From: a virus
Reading direction: 5' to 3' (one strand)
UHGV virus genome: UHGV-0189653
DNA length: 51,563 nt
Under the pieces are notes generated by a model, which saw only the letters and a program-made list of their open reading frames with translations, made no database searches and was not told where the DNA came from. This document shows, piece after piece, positions 21,415 to 31,396 of this stretch (position 1 is the stretch's first letter; each line of letters opens with the position of its first letter). A program made the position numbers and the translations under genes.

Positions 21415-22650
21415 CTATGATAACCGCGCATTCAACATGGCTATCTGTTCGTCGTTCATGTCATCAATCCACATACCGTAAATTTCATACACCATCTGCG
21501 CAGTTTCATGCCCCATTTGGCTGGCTATAAATGCCGGGTTCGCTCCTGCCGTCAACAGCCAGCAGGCAAAAGTATGCCGCGTATGGTACGGATTACGGCG
21601 GCGAATACCAGCACGTTTTACTGCTGCATTCCACCTTGCCCCCAAACTGCTTACCGAGTAATAAGGTTTTTGTTTTCCGTTACACACCCTGGGCATGAAA
21701 ACAAAATGCAGTTTTTGCTTTTCGGTTCTGCCGTACTCCCGATGATAAAAGGTGATTTCGCTTTTGCGATGATGCCCGGTCAGTTTGTATTGCTCCTTCA
21801 GTGCTTCAAGAGCAGGCTGCAGTAGTGTTACTGTCCGGATCCCGGCATTTGTTTTTGGGGGACCGAACATATCAAGTATCGTCAGGTTTCTTCTGACATT
21901 CACTATTCCCTTTTCGAGATCCACATCCTCCCACGCCAGAGCTGCCAGTTCCCCGTGACGAAGTCCTGAGTAAACTGCAAATTTCCACATGTTCTGGCTC
22001 TGTCCTTTTTCACTTTCCATTAATGCATTGAATTCTGTTTTAGATAACGGATCAGGCTTTATTCTGTTTCGCTGTAATTTTTTTACTCCTTCAAATGGTT
22101 TGGTTGATATAAATCCCGACTGATACGCAAAACGTAACAGCGAACAGAGCAGGGCGATATAGTTATCAACTGTGCGCACGGTTCTTCCTTTTTTGTTGGA
22201 TCTTGGATTATCCAGGTAAAGCGTTTCTCCATGCAGCAGTTCATTCCGGTAGTTTAAGATATCGCTATAACGAATATGTGATATCAGGGTACTTTCACAA
22301 ATTATTATTCTGAGTGTTTTTAATTGTGATTTCGTTTTCTTCATTGTGTTTGTTGTTAACTCTGTCTCTTTAATTTTTGTCCAGATATCACAAAGCTCTC
22401 CGAACGTTTTTATGACTCTCGTTGTCACCATTTTTGCCCCAGTGCTGGACTGGGGAAAACGTCTTAAATACTCAAATTCACCGGAGTTTATTTCATGAAC
22501 TATCAGCGCTCTTAAATTTCCGGCCTTTTTAATATTACTGTTTGTAATCTCCCAGCCTTTTAATGTTTCCCGACATCGTTTTCCTCGAAACATGAACCAG
22601 ATGCGAATGTATCTACCTCTAATCTCGACACCTGTTGGTAATTTAGACAT
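21415..22650 (-). CDS. intR: tyrosine integrase (Rac IntR-like)
   Basis: 411-aa ORF, N-terminus MSKLPTGVEIRGRYIRIWFMFRGKRCRETL, C-terminal catalytic R..HxxR..Y region; adjacent to att repeats. Confidence 0.95.
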   Translation of the reverse strand: MSKLPTGVEIRGRYIRIWFMFRGKRCRETLKGWEITNSNIKKAGNLRALIVHEINSGEFEYLRRFPQSSTGAKMVTTRVIKTFGELCDIWTKIKETELTTNTMKKTKSQLKTLRIIICESTLISHIRYSDILNYRNELLHGETLYLDNPRSNKKGRTVRTVDNYIALLCSLLRFAYQSGFISTKPFEGVKKLQRNRIKPDPLSKTEFNALMESEKGQSQNMWKFAVYSGLRHGELAALAWEDVDLEKGIVNVRRNLTILDMFGPPKTNAGIRTVTLLQPALEALKEQYKLTGHHRKSEITFYHREYGRTEKQKLHFVFMPRVCNGKQKPYYSVSSLGARWNAAVKRAGIRRRNPYHTRHTFACWLLTAGANPAFIASQMGHETAQMVYEIYGMWIDDMNDEQIAMLNARLS

Positions 22651-22651
22651 A

Positions 22652-22867
22652 TCATGAGTCTTTGATAAACTGATTTATCTTTGGATAGTTGTACCAGATA
22701 ATCCCTCGTTTGCTGTCTGGCTTACCTAAAGGAGATACTCGTTTGAAGTGGAAGCCCTCCACCCAACAGTTCTGGCGGTATGCTTCAATTTGTCTGGCCC
22801 CCAGACCAGTGCGAAGCATCAGGCCGTATTCAACCATCCACTCTTCATTAAAGATTACTTGTGCCAT
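22652..22867 (-). CDS. ydaQ: excisionase-like protein (YdaQ/Xis)
   Basis: 71-aa product [16 protein letters not shown]... immediately upstream of int. Confidence 0.75.
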   Translation of the reverse strand: MAQVIFNEEWMVEYGLMLRTGLGARQIEAYRQNCWVEGFHFKRVSPLGKPDSKRGIIWYNYPKINQFIKDS

Positions 22868-22966
22868 CGCATCACCTCTGGCAGGCGCCAATGTTAGACT
22901 GAAATTGACGCCCGATGTTGATTATTAATAATCAGCTATGAAGTTTTAATTTGAATACAATGCAAT

Positions 22967-23155
22967 TCACGAGGACTGAAGTTTCTCGCAATTAAAATTT
23001 ATCAGTTTTACTTTCTGCTCTCTGGAAACGCCTGCTTCTTTTTTACCTGAGAGCATTTTTTCGCATTCTGATTTCGTTAGTTTAGATTTTGAATATCTTG
23101 TCCAGTTAGTAGGAGTGCCACCTTCCTTTTCAATAGTGGCGGTAATTTTATACAT
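22967..23155 (-). CDS. ydaC: YdaC-like protein, function unknown
   Basis: Start MYKITATIEKEGG overlaps the lar stop (translational coupling); Rac order. Confidence 0.55.
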   Translation of the reverse strand: MYKITATIEKEGGTPTNWTRYSKSKLTKSECEKMLSGKKEAGVSREQKVKLINFNCEKLQSS

Positions 23156-23342
23156 GAACACCTCCGTTATTATTTCCAGTGGTTCGTTTATTCCATCTTT
23201 CGAGTGCTTCTTTTTCACTTCCACCATAACCGGTTCGGGATTCGCATCCGTTACACTTCGCTCGGTAATATCCTGAAATGACTTTCACCGTTACTGATGG
23301 ACAACCACAAAATGGACATGGTTTAACATTGTCATATCTCAT
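23148..23342 (-). CDS. ralR: restriction alleviation protein Lar (RalR, type I TA toxin DNase)
   Basis: 64-aa product MRYDNVKPCPFCGCPSVTVKVISGYYRAKCNGCESRTGYGG... with CxxC...CxxC zinc ribbon. Confidence 0.85.
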   Translation of the reverse strand: MRYDNVKPCPFCGCPSVTVKVISGYYRAKCNGCESRTGYGGSEKEALERWNKRTTGNNNGGVHV

Positions 23343-23398
23343 AATTTTTCTCATAAAAAATATTTCAAGTTGGCGGTGCATTACACCGCCAGGCTGAA

Positions 23399-24208
23399 TT
23401 ATTCCTCTGAATTATCGATTACACTGTATTCCCCGGTTAATACAGAGGAATCTGCAGGATCGATTGTCAGTGGTTCCTTTTCATCCATTGATACTGCACG
23501 CTGGATCTCAATTGATACGGGCAGATATTTGAACAGGCGACGAATAGCCGTTTTCTTTGCCATTTCTTCCCAGTGAGTTACCCACGGCCCGTTATTACCA
23601 GCTTTACTCAGGCTGCGCACCAGCTCAATCTGTTTGCGCGTCATAACTTCAAACTGAGTACCTCCGTCTTTCAGTCTTGCGACAGCATAGACGTGGGTAA
23701 CCGGGGCATCTTCGTTTTCTCCCGGGCGGTGTATTAACTTTTCATCAAGGCCAAATTCGAAGCTAAACTCGTCACCTTCACGGACAACACGGGCTGACAG
23801 GCTGGCGATTTGACCAGAACGGCGAGCCAGATCAATCATGCCGCGATAGCCAATGATTAGCTGAACGTTCTTTTTACCGCTCTTTTCGTTTTTATTACCA
23901 AAAGGCAGTAAATATGCATGACCGAGGGCGCTACCTGGCTCAAGTCCGAGCTGTGAACACTGTACGATCGCACTGACAAAACTCATAGTGTCACAGTTTC
24001 CTAACGCCGGAACTTTACGAATTTCTGTGGTGGCGATACGGATCATACGTTCAACCGTCATATGGCGTGGAAGAGCTGCTGCCAGTTGCTCTTTCATTGA
24101 TGGCTGGTTAATAAAACTAATCACGTCGCTATTTTTAACTGCTGCTGGTGCACGGTTTCCCTGAGTTTTTTGCAGATCGGCTTTTGCGATTGGTGGTTGC
24201 TTAGTCAT
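23399..24208 (-). CDS. recT: recombinase RecT (single-strand annealing protein)
   Basis: 269-aa product starting [16 protein letters not shown]; start overlaps recE stop. Confidence 0.95.
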   Translation of the reverse strand: MTKQPPIAKADLQKTQGNRAPAAVKNSDVISFINQPSMKEQLAAALPRHMTVERMIRIATTEIRKVPALGNCDTMSFVSAIVQCSQLGLEPGSALGHAYLLPFGNKNEKSGKKNVQLIIGYRGMIDLARRSGQIASLSARVVREGDEFSFEFGLDEKLIHRPGENEDAPVTHVYAVARLKDGGTQFEVMTRKQIELVRSLSKAGNNGPWVTHWEEMAKKTAIRRLFKYLPVSIEIQRAVSMDEKEPLTIDPADSSVLTGEYSVIDNSEE

Positions 24209-26801
24209 TTGCATATTCCTTAGCCCAGCGGGGCAGTGATAATGTCTTAATAGCTGGCCATTCATCGGTATTCAGGCTGTCAGACAGGGTTCGCAGATTG
24301 CGGTGATATTCCTGTTGACCTGCCAGTTTTGCTTCTTCGCCCATCATGAAAATTTCAACCGGATAACGTCCGCATTCAATAGTTGTGCTGGCAACCAGAA
24401 AAACGAAAGTTGGCTGCACTCCAAACTGTGCTTCATAACCGTCACTGTAGAATGCATCCTGAACGTGATAGCGGTAGTCGTAATAAGCGGTTTTGAATCG
24501 TTGAATATCCGCCGTAGTTTTCACGTCCATGATCCAGTGAAATTCAGGGATAATTTTGTCCGGACGGCACCGACACAAAATTCCTGTTTCAGGATCTTCC
24601 CAGTAAATTGATGATTCAGCGTGTCCGGCGCTTTCAACAAGCCATTGCCCCAGCGGCAAAGCCATAACGCTTTGATACATGAGTTCAATTTTCCGGCCTT
24701 CTTCCGCAGTGATAACCGTTTTTCCTGTGCTTGCGCATTCCATCAGAAACGCTTTCTCTTCTTCTTTTCCGGCGTTTGTACGGCGGTTAAATTCAGGTGC
24801 TACGATAAAGCGGTTACTGAATTCTTCCGGTTCAAGTACCCGGCAGTGGAAAGCAGTTCCTAAATCGAGCGTTTTTGTCTTTGTGGTGTCCACGGGGGCA
24901 TTTTTACGCCACAAATATAGTGCCGGAGTATCAGCAATGTCATCGAGCTGAGACTTACTGATACCGGGACCCGCGTGGTAATTCTCATTCGAAATTCCGT
25001 AATAAATACCTGGCTCTATGTCTTCTACGATTACGGGATCTGCGACTTCGCCAGTTTCATCACTGCAATCGCGATGCGGATCGCTGCCAGCATTCTCATT
25101 GTGCGGATGTTCAGCGCCTTCCATTTCCTCCGGATCATTTTCCTTAGCTTCAACCTGACTCTCTTCATCGAATGTTTCCTGGTATGTTGCGTCGCCCATC
25201 ACCGCACCACAGTCAGGGCAGTTATCCCCGCCAGTCTGGCCGCAGGCATTGCAGGCTATTTCCGGTTCCTGTTGCACTACTGGCTCAGGTTGATTCATAT
25301 CCGGGCTGGTTTTTTCCGTTTCTGGCTGGTTCTGGTACACACAATCGCGAGTCTGGATCCCCTTTACCCATTTCGGATCGTTCGGGTCGCTAATTCCGTC
25401 AACAAATTCACCACGTGATGCAGCAAGCAATTTATCGGCATCGACAGGATTTTTTGATGGAATGTTTTTCCGGGCTTCATGGAGTTCTGCCCGCAGTTCC
25501 TGATATTTCGCATCAACAGAATTTACCTGTGACTGAGCATCCAGCGGCTGCGTGTCCTGATGATGTTCAGTTGCGTCCGGTTCCATTGTTTCAGCCTCTC
25601 CCTGTTCAACTGCCGTTGTTCCAGATGGTTGCGGTTTTTCTTCATCATCCTGTTTTCCTTCTTCTGTTACTCGCTGCGGCATCGGGGCAGAGGAGCGACC
25701 GCAGGCAATATCCACGATTTCCGGATCAGGGTTGGCATGATCGGTTTCAGTCAGTACTTTGTTCAGATATTCAGTGACGTGCGCGGGGATGACCTCGATC
25801 CCAATTGGTGCTTCTTTTACGGACGCAACCACGATGGCGCGGGAATAATCCAGCCCGCCAGGCATGGTGATGAATTTGTCGCGGAAAACAGAAAAGGGCG
25901 GTTTATTTTCAGCGATAATTTCCTCAATGCGTTTAGCGTGTGCCGGATGAAGGTTATAGATGTCCAGATCCATTGAACGGGCCAGTACGCCAGTGGCTAC
26001 GTCGCGCGCCAGTGACGTCAGATCGTGTACGAAACCTTCGCCGCGATCGGTGAGGTTTCCGCCGCCAGCATTAGCACCGGAAGCCGTGCGAGTGATGTGT
26101 GAAACACGATTACCCTTCATCCACTCTTTTGTCAGCAGTCCTCGATCGGTGTAGTCAGCGTTCAGGTATGCTTCGAAAAAAGCAGTTATCAGTCCCAGGT
26201 TTGAATTACCAGGATTAGGGAAAACTTTGTCAGTGTCACGAACCAGTTTGTGGAGTTCGCGAATTTCCAGCGGGTCGAGCAGGCTGGTTTTGTGGGAAAC
26301 AGCCAGGGCAGTAACAGCCGGTAGTTCTTCAGCCCGAGCAATGTGTAATGCCTGGAGTCCGTCGCGTGAAACGTGCGTTACCGGTTTTTCGCTGCCGTGT
26401 TGAGCAAGCCAACGAATGGGCAGTTCCTGGCCAGAAATTGGGAGTAGCATATTCTCCTCAATCTCAGTCATGTCTTCGCCGTTGACGTTGGTATTGCCTT
26501 GATAGTGAGCGTTGTCTGGTGCTGCTCCCGGTTTTAGTTCCCATGTCATGGAGTCTTTGCTGAGTTGATAGCGTTCACTCCAGGTAAAATCGATCTCACC
26601 TTCAGCGGGCAGGTCATTAACGACAGGAAAATTCGTGGCAACAGCTTTAAAATAGCTGCTCAGTTTTTTACCTGACTTAACGATCAGGTAGTCCAGAGTG
26701 GCACAGGTCGATTCAAAATCGTTGCTTGCCCACAGGACGACGTCAGGTTCACCGGATGATTTTTTCGCTTTCCGTAACAGGAAGAGTGGTTTTGTGCTCA
26801 T
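24201..26801 (-). CDS. recE: exodeoxyribonuclease VIII RecE
   Basis: 866-aa [35 protein letters not shown]..., C-terminal nuclease domain. Confidence 0.95.
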   Translation of the reverse strand: MSTKPLFLLRKAKKSSGEPDVVLWASNDFESTCATLDYLIVKSGKKLSSYFKAVATNFPVVNDLPAEGEIDFTWSERYQLSKDSMTWELKPGAAPDNAHYQGNTNVNGEDMTEIEENMLLPISGQELPIRWLAQHGSEKPVTHVSRDGLQALHIARAEELPAVTALAVSHKTSLLDPLEIRELHKLVRDTDKVFPNPGNSNLGLITAFFEAYLNADYTDRGLLTKEWMKGNRVSHITRTASGANAGGGNLTDRGEGFVHDLTSLARDVATGVLARSMDLDIYNLHPAHAKRIEEIIAENKPPFSVFRDKFITMPGGLDYSRAIVVASVKEAPIGIEVIPAHVTEYLNKVLTETDHANPDPEIVDIACGRSSAPMPQRVTEEGKQDDEEKPQPSGTTAVEQGEAETMEPDATEHHQDTQPLDAQSQVNSVDAKYQELRAELHEARKNIPSKNPVDADKLLAASRGEFVDGISDPNDPKWVKGIQTRDCVYQNQPETEKTSPDMNQPEPVVQQEPEIACNACGQTGGDNCPDCGAVMGDATYQETFDEESQVEAKENDPEEMEGAEHPHNENAGSDPHRDCSDETGEVADPVIVEDIEPGIYYGISNENYHAGPGISKSQLDDIADTPALYLWRKNAPVDTTKTKTLDLGTAFHCRVLEPEEFSNRFIVAPEFNRRTNAGKEEEKAFLMECASTGKTVITAEEGRKIELMYQSVMALPLGQWLVESAGHAESSIYWEDPETGILCRCRPDKIIPEFHWIMDVKTTADIQRFKTAYYDYRYHVQDAFYSDGYEAQFGVQPTFVFLVASTTIECGRYPVEIFMMGEEAKLAGQQEYHRNLRTLSDSLNTDEWPAIKTLSLPRWAKEYAND

Positions 26802-26902
26802 TGTTTTTTAACCTCAACTCAGATTAAAATTCGTTTTGTTCAGTGAATGATCTTGCCGGATACACACTGTTCATAGCCTGCGCCATACGCAGGCTATTTC
26901 TT

Positions 26903-27178
26903 TCAGATTTCACCTTTTAATTTCATTGCAATTAGAGTTGCCAGAAATTCGGCTTTTTTTTCTGCGGGCAGATTCTTTCCGATATGCACCAGGCACATTT
27001 TTTTGACACCTTCATCAAGTGTTTTTACGTTGCCTGATGGACCATCGATATCAACCACAGTGAATGGGGTTTCTTTATTTTCTGTTTTAATTACGTAGCC
27101 AATGCGCTTTCCTTCCAGATTCACCTCGTGAACAATGTCATCGGTAGTTACAACAGTGGCTTCATAATTGGTAATCAT
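26903..27178 (-). CDS. racC: RacC protein
   Basis: 91-aa product MITNYEATVVTTDDIVHEVNLEGKRIGYVIK... Confidence 0.8.
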   Translation of the reverse strand: MITNYEATVVTTDDIVHEVNLEGKRIGYVIKTENKETPFTVVDIDGPSGNVKTLDEGVKKMCLVHIGKNLPAEKKAEFLATLIAMKLKGEI

Positions 27179-27252
27179 GTTTTTCTCCTTAATTAAGGTT
27201 GAGCGAATACCTGCCATTTCTGGCATAAATTCAGTTTCGAATAGTCAATTAA

Positions 27253-27423
27253 TTAAAGTTCATGTGCCATCTGGTCTTTTTCGGCACAAGATTCACTGCA
27301 ATATTTTCTCGGTTCGTCTTTTGATAAAATCCCGTGCATGAAGTGAAGCATTCTTTCAATAGCTTTGCTTTCTTCAACGTCTTTTTTGCAAAGGTGGTAA
27401 GCACATTTTATTTTCTTAGTCAT
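27253..27423 (-). CDS. ydaE: YdaE, small Cys-rich metal-binding protein
   Basis: 56-aa ORF found by manual translation ([56 protein letters not shown]); below the ORF-track size cut-off. Confidence 0.65.
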   Translation of the reverse strand: MTKKIKCAYHLCKKDVEESKAIERMLHFMHGILSKDEPRKYCSESCAEKDQMAHEL

Positions 27424-27644
27424 CACCATGACTCCGCCTTTACAGGTAAACCATCACGACCGAGGAAGACTTTAATCATGCGGTCAGTAATGCATGTTTT
27501 TGTGGTCAGGTTACGAATATATAGTTTTCGCTTTTTAATATTGTTTGCCGAGGCAATATATGTCCGGCCTTCATGAAGAACATAATCGCCAGGAGTCACA
27601 CACTGACGTGGTATTTCATCAGTTCCGAAGTGATGTGCAATCAT
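27423..27644 (-). CDS. kilR: KilR, FtsZ-targeting cell division inhibitor
   Basis: 73-aa product [38 protein letters not shown]...; stop overlaps ydaE start. Confidence 0.85.
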   Translation of the reverse strand: MIAHHFGTDEIPRQCVTPGDYVLHEGRTYIASANNIKKRKLYIRNLTTKTCITDRMIKVFLGRDGLPVKAESW

Positions 27645-28085
27645 AATTATCTCCATTTTTACAAATGAACTTTGTTGATGCGGTGCCTGGTGCCTCCAGG
27701 TGACTGCAACCAGTTAACAATTACAGTCGGCTTTCCCACCCAAACCAATAAGGACTAACATGACTTTTAACTGTGCCACGTGCGCTTAGCCGCATTCACC
27801 GCATCACAAAATTCACTTTAAAAAGGGCGGACATCAGCCGAACTTCAAGAAAAAAAATGATGCCGCCAGGACTACACACAGCAATGTCGTTATTTACAAC
27901 CGGAGGCGCACTCCCACCATTTAAATTTAACAGACAAGACCGACTCTTTATGGATATCGGAAATGCGCCTTCGTGTTGTGCCCGGTTTTATTTCACCACC
28001 TCCGGGCTTCGGTGGTCTCGGCTATACCCCTACAGCGAGAGCTTGTGTTAACATTTCAATACCCTTACAGTTGAGAGTTATTGAT

Positions 28086-28574
28086 ATGTTGGATGTATTT
28101 ACTCCATTGTTGAAACTTTTTGCTAACGAGCCACTCGAAAGACTTATGTATACGATTATCATTTTTGGTCTCACTCTCTGGCTGATACCGAAAGAGTTTA
28201 CTGTCGCATTCAATGCTTATACTGAAATACCTTGGCTCTTTCAGATTATCGTTTTTGCCTTTTCTTTCGTGGTCGCCATTTCCTTCTCAAGATTGCGAGC
28301 ACATATTCAAAAGCATTATTCATTACTACCAGAGCAACGAGTATTGCTTCGTTTATCTGAGAAAGAAATCGCTGTATTTAAAGATTTCCTTAAAACAGGA
28401 AATCTTATTATCACTTCTCCTTGCCGTAACCCGGTTATGAAAAAATTAGAACGGAAGGGCATCATTCAACATCAGAGTGATAGCGCAAACTGTTCTTATT
28501 ATCTCGTCACCGAAAAATACTCCCATTTTATGAAGTTATTCTGGAACAGCAGGAGTAGACGTTTTAATCGTTAG
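28086..28574 (+). CDS. sieB: superinfection exclusion protein SieB
   Basis: 162-aa membrane protein starting MLDVFTPLLKLFANEPLE with two hydrophobic segments; plus strand opposite the early-left operon. Confidence 0.8.
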   Translation: MLDVFTPLLKLFANEPLERLMYTIIIFGLTLWLIPKEFTVAFNAYTEIPWLFQIIVFAFSFVVAISFSRLRAHIQKHYSLLPEQRVLLRLSEKEIAVFKDFLKTGNLIITSPCRNPVMKKLERKGIIQHQSDSANCSYYLVTEKYSHFMKLFWNSRSRRFNR

Positions 28575-28726
28575 CTTACTGTGTGCTTCTCCAACCATCG
28601 GCGCGCACCAGTTTCGGTTTTAAATGTTTTGCTTTTGGTATACGTCATGGCAGTGAACGTTCCATCCTGGTTGGGGAACACGCCGCACACCAGGGATTCG
28701 TTGTTGCCGAGGTTGATTTTTTGCAT
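28571..28726 (-). CDS. ydaF: YdaF small protein
   Basis: 51-aa ORF by manual translation (MQKINLGNNESLVCGVFPNQDGTFTAMTYTKSKTFKTETGARRWLEKHTVS); convergent 4-nt overlap with sieB. Confidence 0.6.
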   Translation of the reverse strand: MQKINLGNNESLVCGVFPNQDGTFTAMTYTKSKTFKTETGARRWLEKHTVS

Positions 28727-28736
28727 TTTGCGAATC

Positions 28737-28871
28737 TCACATCTTGTTGCTACGTATAGCGACTTCTGCCTGCCAGAGATCCCAGTCGTTGCTGCGTAAA
28801 GCCTGCACAGCCTGGTTGTAAGTGATACCGCAACAATCCATCAAATACTGAACTACTTCGTAATGCACCAT
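28737..28871 (-). CDS. ydaG: YdaG small protein
   Basis: 44-aa ORF by manual translation (MVHYEVVQYLMDCCGITYNQAVQALRSNDWDLWQAEVAIRSNKM); first gene downstream of predicted pL. Confidence 0.6.
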   Translation of the reverse strand: MVHYEVVQYLMDCCGITYNQAVQALRSNDWDLWQAEVAIRSNKM

Positions 28872-29040
28872 CTTATCTCTCCCCTTAACGCCGGGTGGCG
28901 GAACTAACTGCTGCACTGCAAAATTTGAATCCCGCCGTCATGTTCATACGCCTCGGGCTGGCTACTTAACCCCTTACCACTGCCTGGTAACTCGAAGTAT
29001 TGCCCGGCGTTCTGTGGGGCGGGGTGGGTGGTATGCTGGA

Positions 29041-29105
29041 ACTATAGGTAATGCCTAATTGATTGTCAATAGGCTATGCCTAATGTTTTGAGCGTAACCT
29101 AATAG
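29041..29105 (-). promoter_or_regulatory. OL/pL-like leftward early promoter with operator repeats
   Basis: Minus-strand -35 TTGACA (29069-29064), 17-nt spacer, -10 TATAGT (29046-29041); GCCTAAT half-sites at 29053-29059 and 29078-29084, CCTAAT at 29098-29103; 33-bp block 29053-29085 is a near-perfect inverted copy of 29707-29740. Confidence 0.55.
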
Positions 29106-29136
29106 GTGATGGCGACAGCAGAAAGTGATGGGGGGG

Positions 29137-29655
29137 TTAAATAACGGAATCCAGGAGTTTTCCGTCAGACCATATAAGTTTAAGTTCCAGTTTTGTGATG
29201 TTCTGGCTTTTCCGTTCAGATTCTAGAGCTTTCAGATACTTACCCACTTTCATTTCCATCGCTGCTATGTAGGCGCGAACATCGTGGTCAACCCAATCTG
29301 GTTCTGTAGCATTTCCAGATAACAGGAAAGCTACAATCGCTCTTATTTCATCAGAGGCTGCTTGATAAAGGTTGTTTATATCTAAAAGTTCACTTTTTGT
29401 ATCTGAATTGGTGGGGGTTGGTATGGGGTATTCGTTAAGCCCCCAATGCTCTGGACCAACAACATCAGAAAAGAAACGCCATAATTCTGGAAGTTTATCT
29501 TTACTTATAGAGCCTTTCTTAATCCAGTCATAAATTGATGGTGGTTGGACTTTGAAGTGGCGTGCGACCTCCGCCTTTGATTTGACGGATCCCGATGCGA
29601 TTTTTTTGTTAATGGCCTGCTCTATCGCTCGGCCTAAGTCTTTACCACTAAGCAT
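29137..29655 (-). CDS. racR: prophage repressor RacR
   Basis: 172-aa ORF MLSGKDLGRAIEQAINKKIASGSVKSKAEVARHFKVQPPSIYDWIKKG (N-terminal HTH); divergent from ydaS; RBS AGGAGA. Confidence 0.85.
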   Translation of the reverse strand: MLSGKDLGRAIEQAINKKIASGSVKSKAEVARHFKVQPPSIYDWIKKGSISKDKLPELWRFFSDVVGPEHWGLNEYPIPTPTNSDTKSELLDINNLYQAASDEIRAIVAFLLSGNATEPDWVDHDVRAYIAAMEMKVGKYLKALESERKSQNITKLELKLIWSDGKLLDSVI

Positions 29656-29679
29656 TGCTTAATATTCTCCTATGCGCAT

Positions 29680-29752
29680 TACATTAGGCAATCCCTACCC
29701 TTACCGCATTAGGCATAGCCTATTGACAATTGCATTAGGCGTCGCCTAATAT
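29680..29752 (+). promoter_or_regulatory. OR/pR-like rightward promoter with operator repeats
   Basis: CATTAGGC at 29683-29690, 29707-29714, 29733-29740; palindrome ATTAGGCGTCGCCTAAT at 29734-29750; -35 TTGACA at 29723-29728 with TAATAT about 18 nt downstream. Confidence 0.55.
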
Positions 29753-29778
29753 TTCTGTGTGTTTTTGGAGTTCATTCG

Positions 29779-30075
29779 ATGAAAAAAGAGAACTATTCAT
29801 TCAAGCAAGCTTGTGCTGTTGTCGGTGGGCAATCAGCAATGGCTAGGCTTTTAGGTGTATCACCTCCAAGCGTAAATCAATGGATCAAAGGGGTACGTCA
29901 ATTGCCTGCCGAGAGATGTCCAGCAATTGAACGTGCAACAAGAGGTGAGGTTCTGTGCGAAGAACTTCGTCCTGATATTGACTGGTCATATTTACGACGT
30001 TCGGCATGTTGTTCGCAGAATATGTCAGTGAAGCAACTAAATGACAGTAACAAATCCTCATTTGATCATACCTGA
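29779..30075 (+). CDS. ydaS: Cro-like HTH regulator YdaS
   Basis: 98-aa ORF with HTH (QSAMARLLGVSPPSVNQWIKG), divergent from racR. Confidence 0.85.
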   Translation: MKKENYSFKQACAVVGGQSAMARLLGVSPPSVNQWIKGVRQLPAERCPAIERATRGEVLCEELRPDIDWSYLRRSACCSQNMSVKQLNDSNKSSFDHT

Positions 30076-30097
30076 AACATCAAGAGGCAAATGATTC

Positions 30098-30520
30098 ATG
30101 AAAATCAAGCATGAGCACATCGAATCAGTGTTGTTTGCCCTAGCAGCCGAAAAAGGGCAGGCATGGGTAGCCAATGCAATTACTGAAGAATATCTGCGCC
30201 AGGGGGGCGGCGAATTGCCCCTGGTTCCAGGCAAGGACTGGAACAATCAGCAGAATATCTATCACCGTTGGTTGAAAGGTGAAACGAAAACGCAAAGAGA
30301 AAAAATTCAGAAGCTGATCCCAGCAATTCTGGCAATCCTTCCGCGCGAGCTGCGTCACCGACTCTGCATCTTCGATACCCTGGAACGCCGTGCATTACTG
30401 GCGGCGCAGGAAGCGTTAAGTACGGCAATTGATGCGCATGATGATGCAGTCCAAGCCGTTTACCGGAAAGCGCATTTCAGCGGCGGCGGTTCTTCCGACG
30501 ATTCTGTCATTGTTCATTAA
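30098..30520 (+). CDS. ydaT: YdaT (CII-like regulator, toxic when derepressed)
   Basis: 140-aa ORF MKIKHEHIESVLFALAAEKGQAWVANAITEEY...; follows ydaS. Confidence 0.8.
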   Translation: MKIKHEHIESVLFALAAEKGQAWVANAITEEYLRQGGGELPLVPGKDWNNQQNIYHRWLKGETKTQREKIQKLIPAILAILPRELRHRLCIFDTLERRALLAAQEALSTAIDAHDDAVQAVYRKAHFSGGGSSDDSVIVH

Positions 30521-30532
30521 GCAAAAGTTTCC

Positions 30533-31390
30533 ATGCTGTTTGTGCTTATTCTAAGCCACCGGGCAGCATCATACGGGGCAATTATGGCCGCATTACCATA
30601 CATGCAACTGTACATAGCTGATTACCTGGCTGACACCATGCATTTGTCAGCAGAGGAGCATGGTGCGTATTTGTTGCTGATGTTCAATTACTGGCAAACA
30701 GGAAAGCCAATACCTAAAAACAGGCTGGCAAAAATTGCCCGTCTGACTAACGAGCGATGGGCTGATGTTGAACCATCCTTGCAGGAGTTTTTTTGCGATA
30801 ACGGCGAGGAATGGGTGCATCTTCGGATTGAGGAAGATCTGGCATCAGTCAGGGAAAAATTAACCAAAAAATCAGCCGCAGGAAAAGCATCTGTTCAGGC
30901 CAGAAGAAGCAGAAAGGAAGCAGATGTTCAAACAAAACAAGAGAGAAATTTAACAGGTGTTCAAACAGATGTTGAAGTGGTGTTTGAACATGATGTCAAC
31001 ACAAAGGCAACTAATAAAGATACAGATAAAGATCTAAAAACAGATCCCCCCCTAAATCCCCCCCGGGGGAATCGAGGTGTCAAAAAGTTTGACCCTCTGG
31101 ATATTGCTTTGCCGAACTGGATTTCTGTCTCGCTTTGGCGTGAGTGGGTTGAATTTCGCCAGGCATTGCGAAAACCGATTCGAACGGAGCAGGGCGCTAA
31201 CGGGGCGATACGGGAGCTGGAAAAATTCCGCCAGCAGGGTTTTTCACCTGAGCAGGTGATTCGACACAGCATCGCCAATGAATACCAGGGCTTGTTCGCG
31301 CCGAAAGGTGTTCGACCTGAGACGTTACTCCGACAGGTTAACACCGTCTCGTTACCGGATAGTGCGATCCCGCCAGGCTTCAGGGGGTAA
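30533..31390 (+). CDS. ydaU: replication initiation protein YdaU (O-like)
   Basis: 285-aa ORF preceding the DnaC-like gene; alternative in-frame start at 30584; two C7 runs in the coding sequence. Confidence 0.75.
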   Translation: MLFVLILSHRAASYGAIMAALPYMQLYIADYLADTMHLSAEEHGAYLLLMFNYWQTGKPIPKNRLAKIARLTNERWADVEPSLQEFFCDNGEEWVHLRIEEDLASVREKLTKKSAAGKASVQARRSRKEADVQTKQERNLTGVQTDVEVVFEHDVNTKATNKDTDKDLKTDPPLNPPRGNRGVKKFDPLDIALPNWISVSLWREWVEFRQALRKPIRTEQGANGAIRELEKFRQQGFSPEQVIRHSIANEYQGLFAPKGVRPETLLRQVNTVSLPDSAIPPGFRG

Positions 31391-31396
31391 CTGACC

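Noticed and set aside
24303-26154. Series of plus-strand ORFs (64-147 aa) opposite recE
   Set aside because: All fall inside the recE coding region on the opposite strand, lack RBS, and have atypical composition; recE accounts for the sequence
27963-28085. N-terminal extension of sieB from ATG 27963 (203-aa ORF)
   Set aside because: The extension lacks an RBS; the internal start at 28086 (MLDVFTPLL) gives a 162-aa product consistent with SieB
28880-29040. Possible tRNA in the racR-ydaG intergenic region (TTTGAATCC resembles a T-loop)
   Set aside because: No acceptor stem, anticodon arm or CCA-compatible 3-prime end could be built around it; the region is better explained as the pL/OL control region
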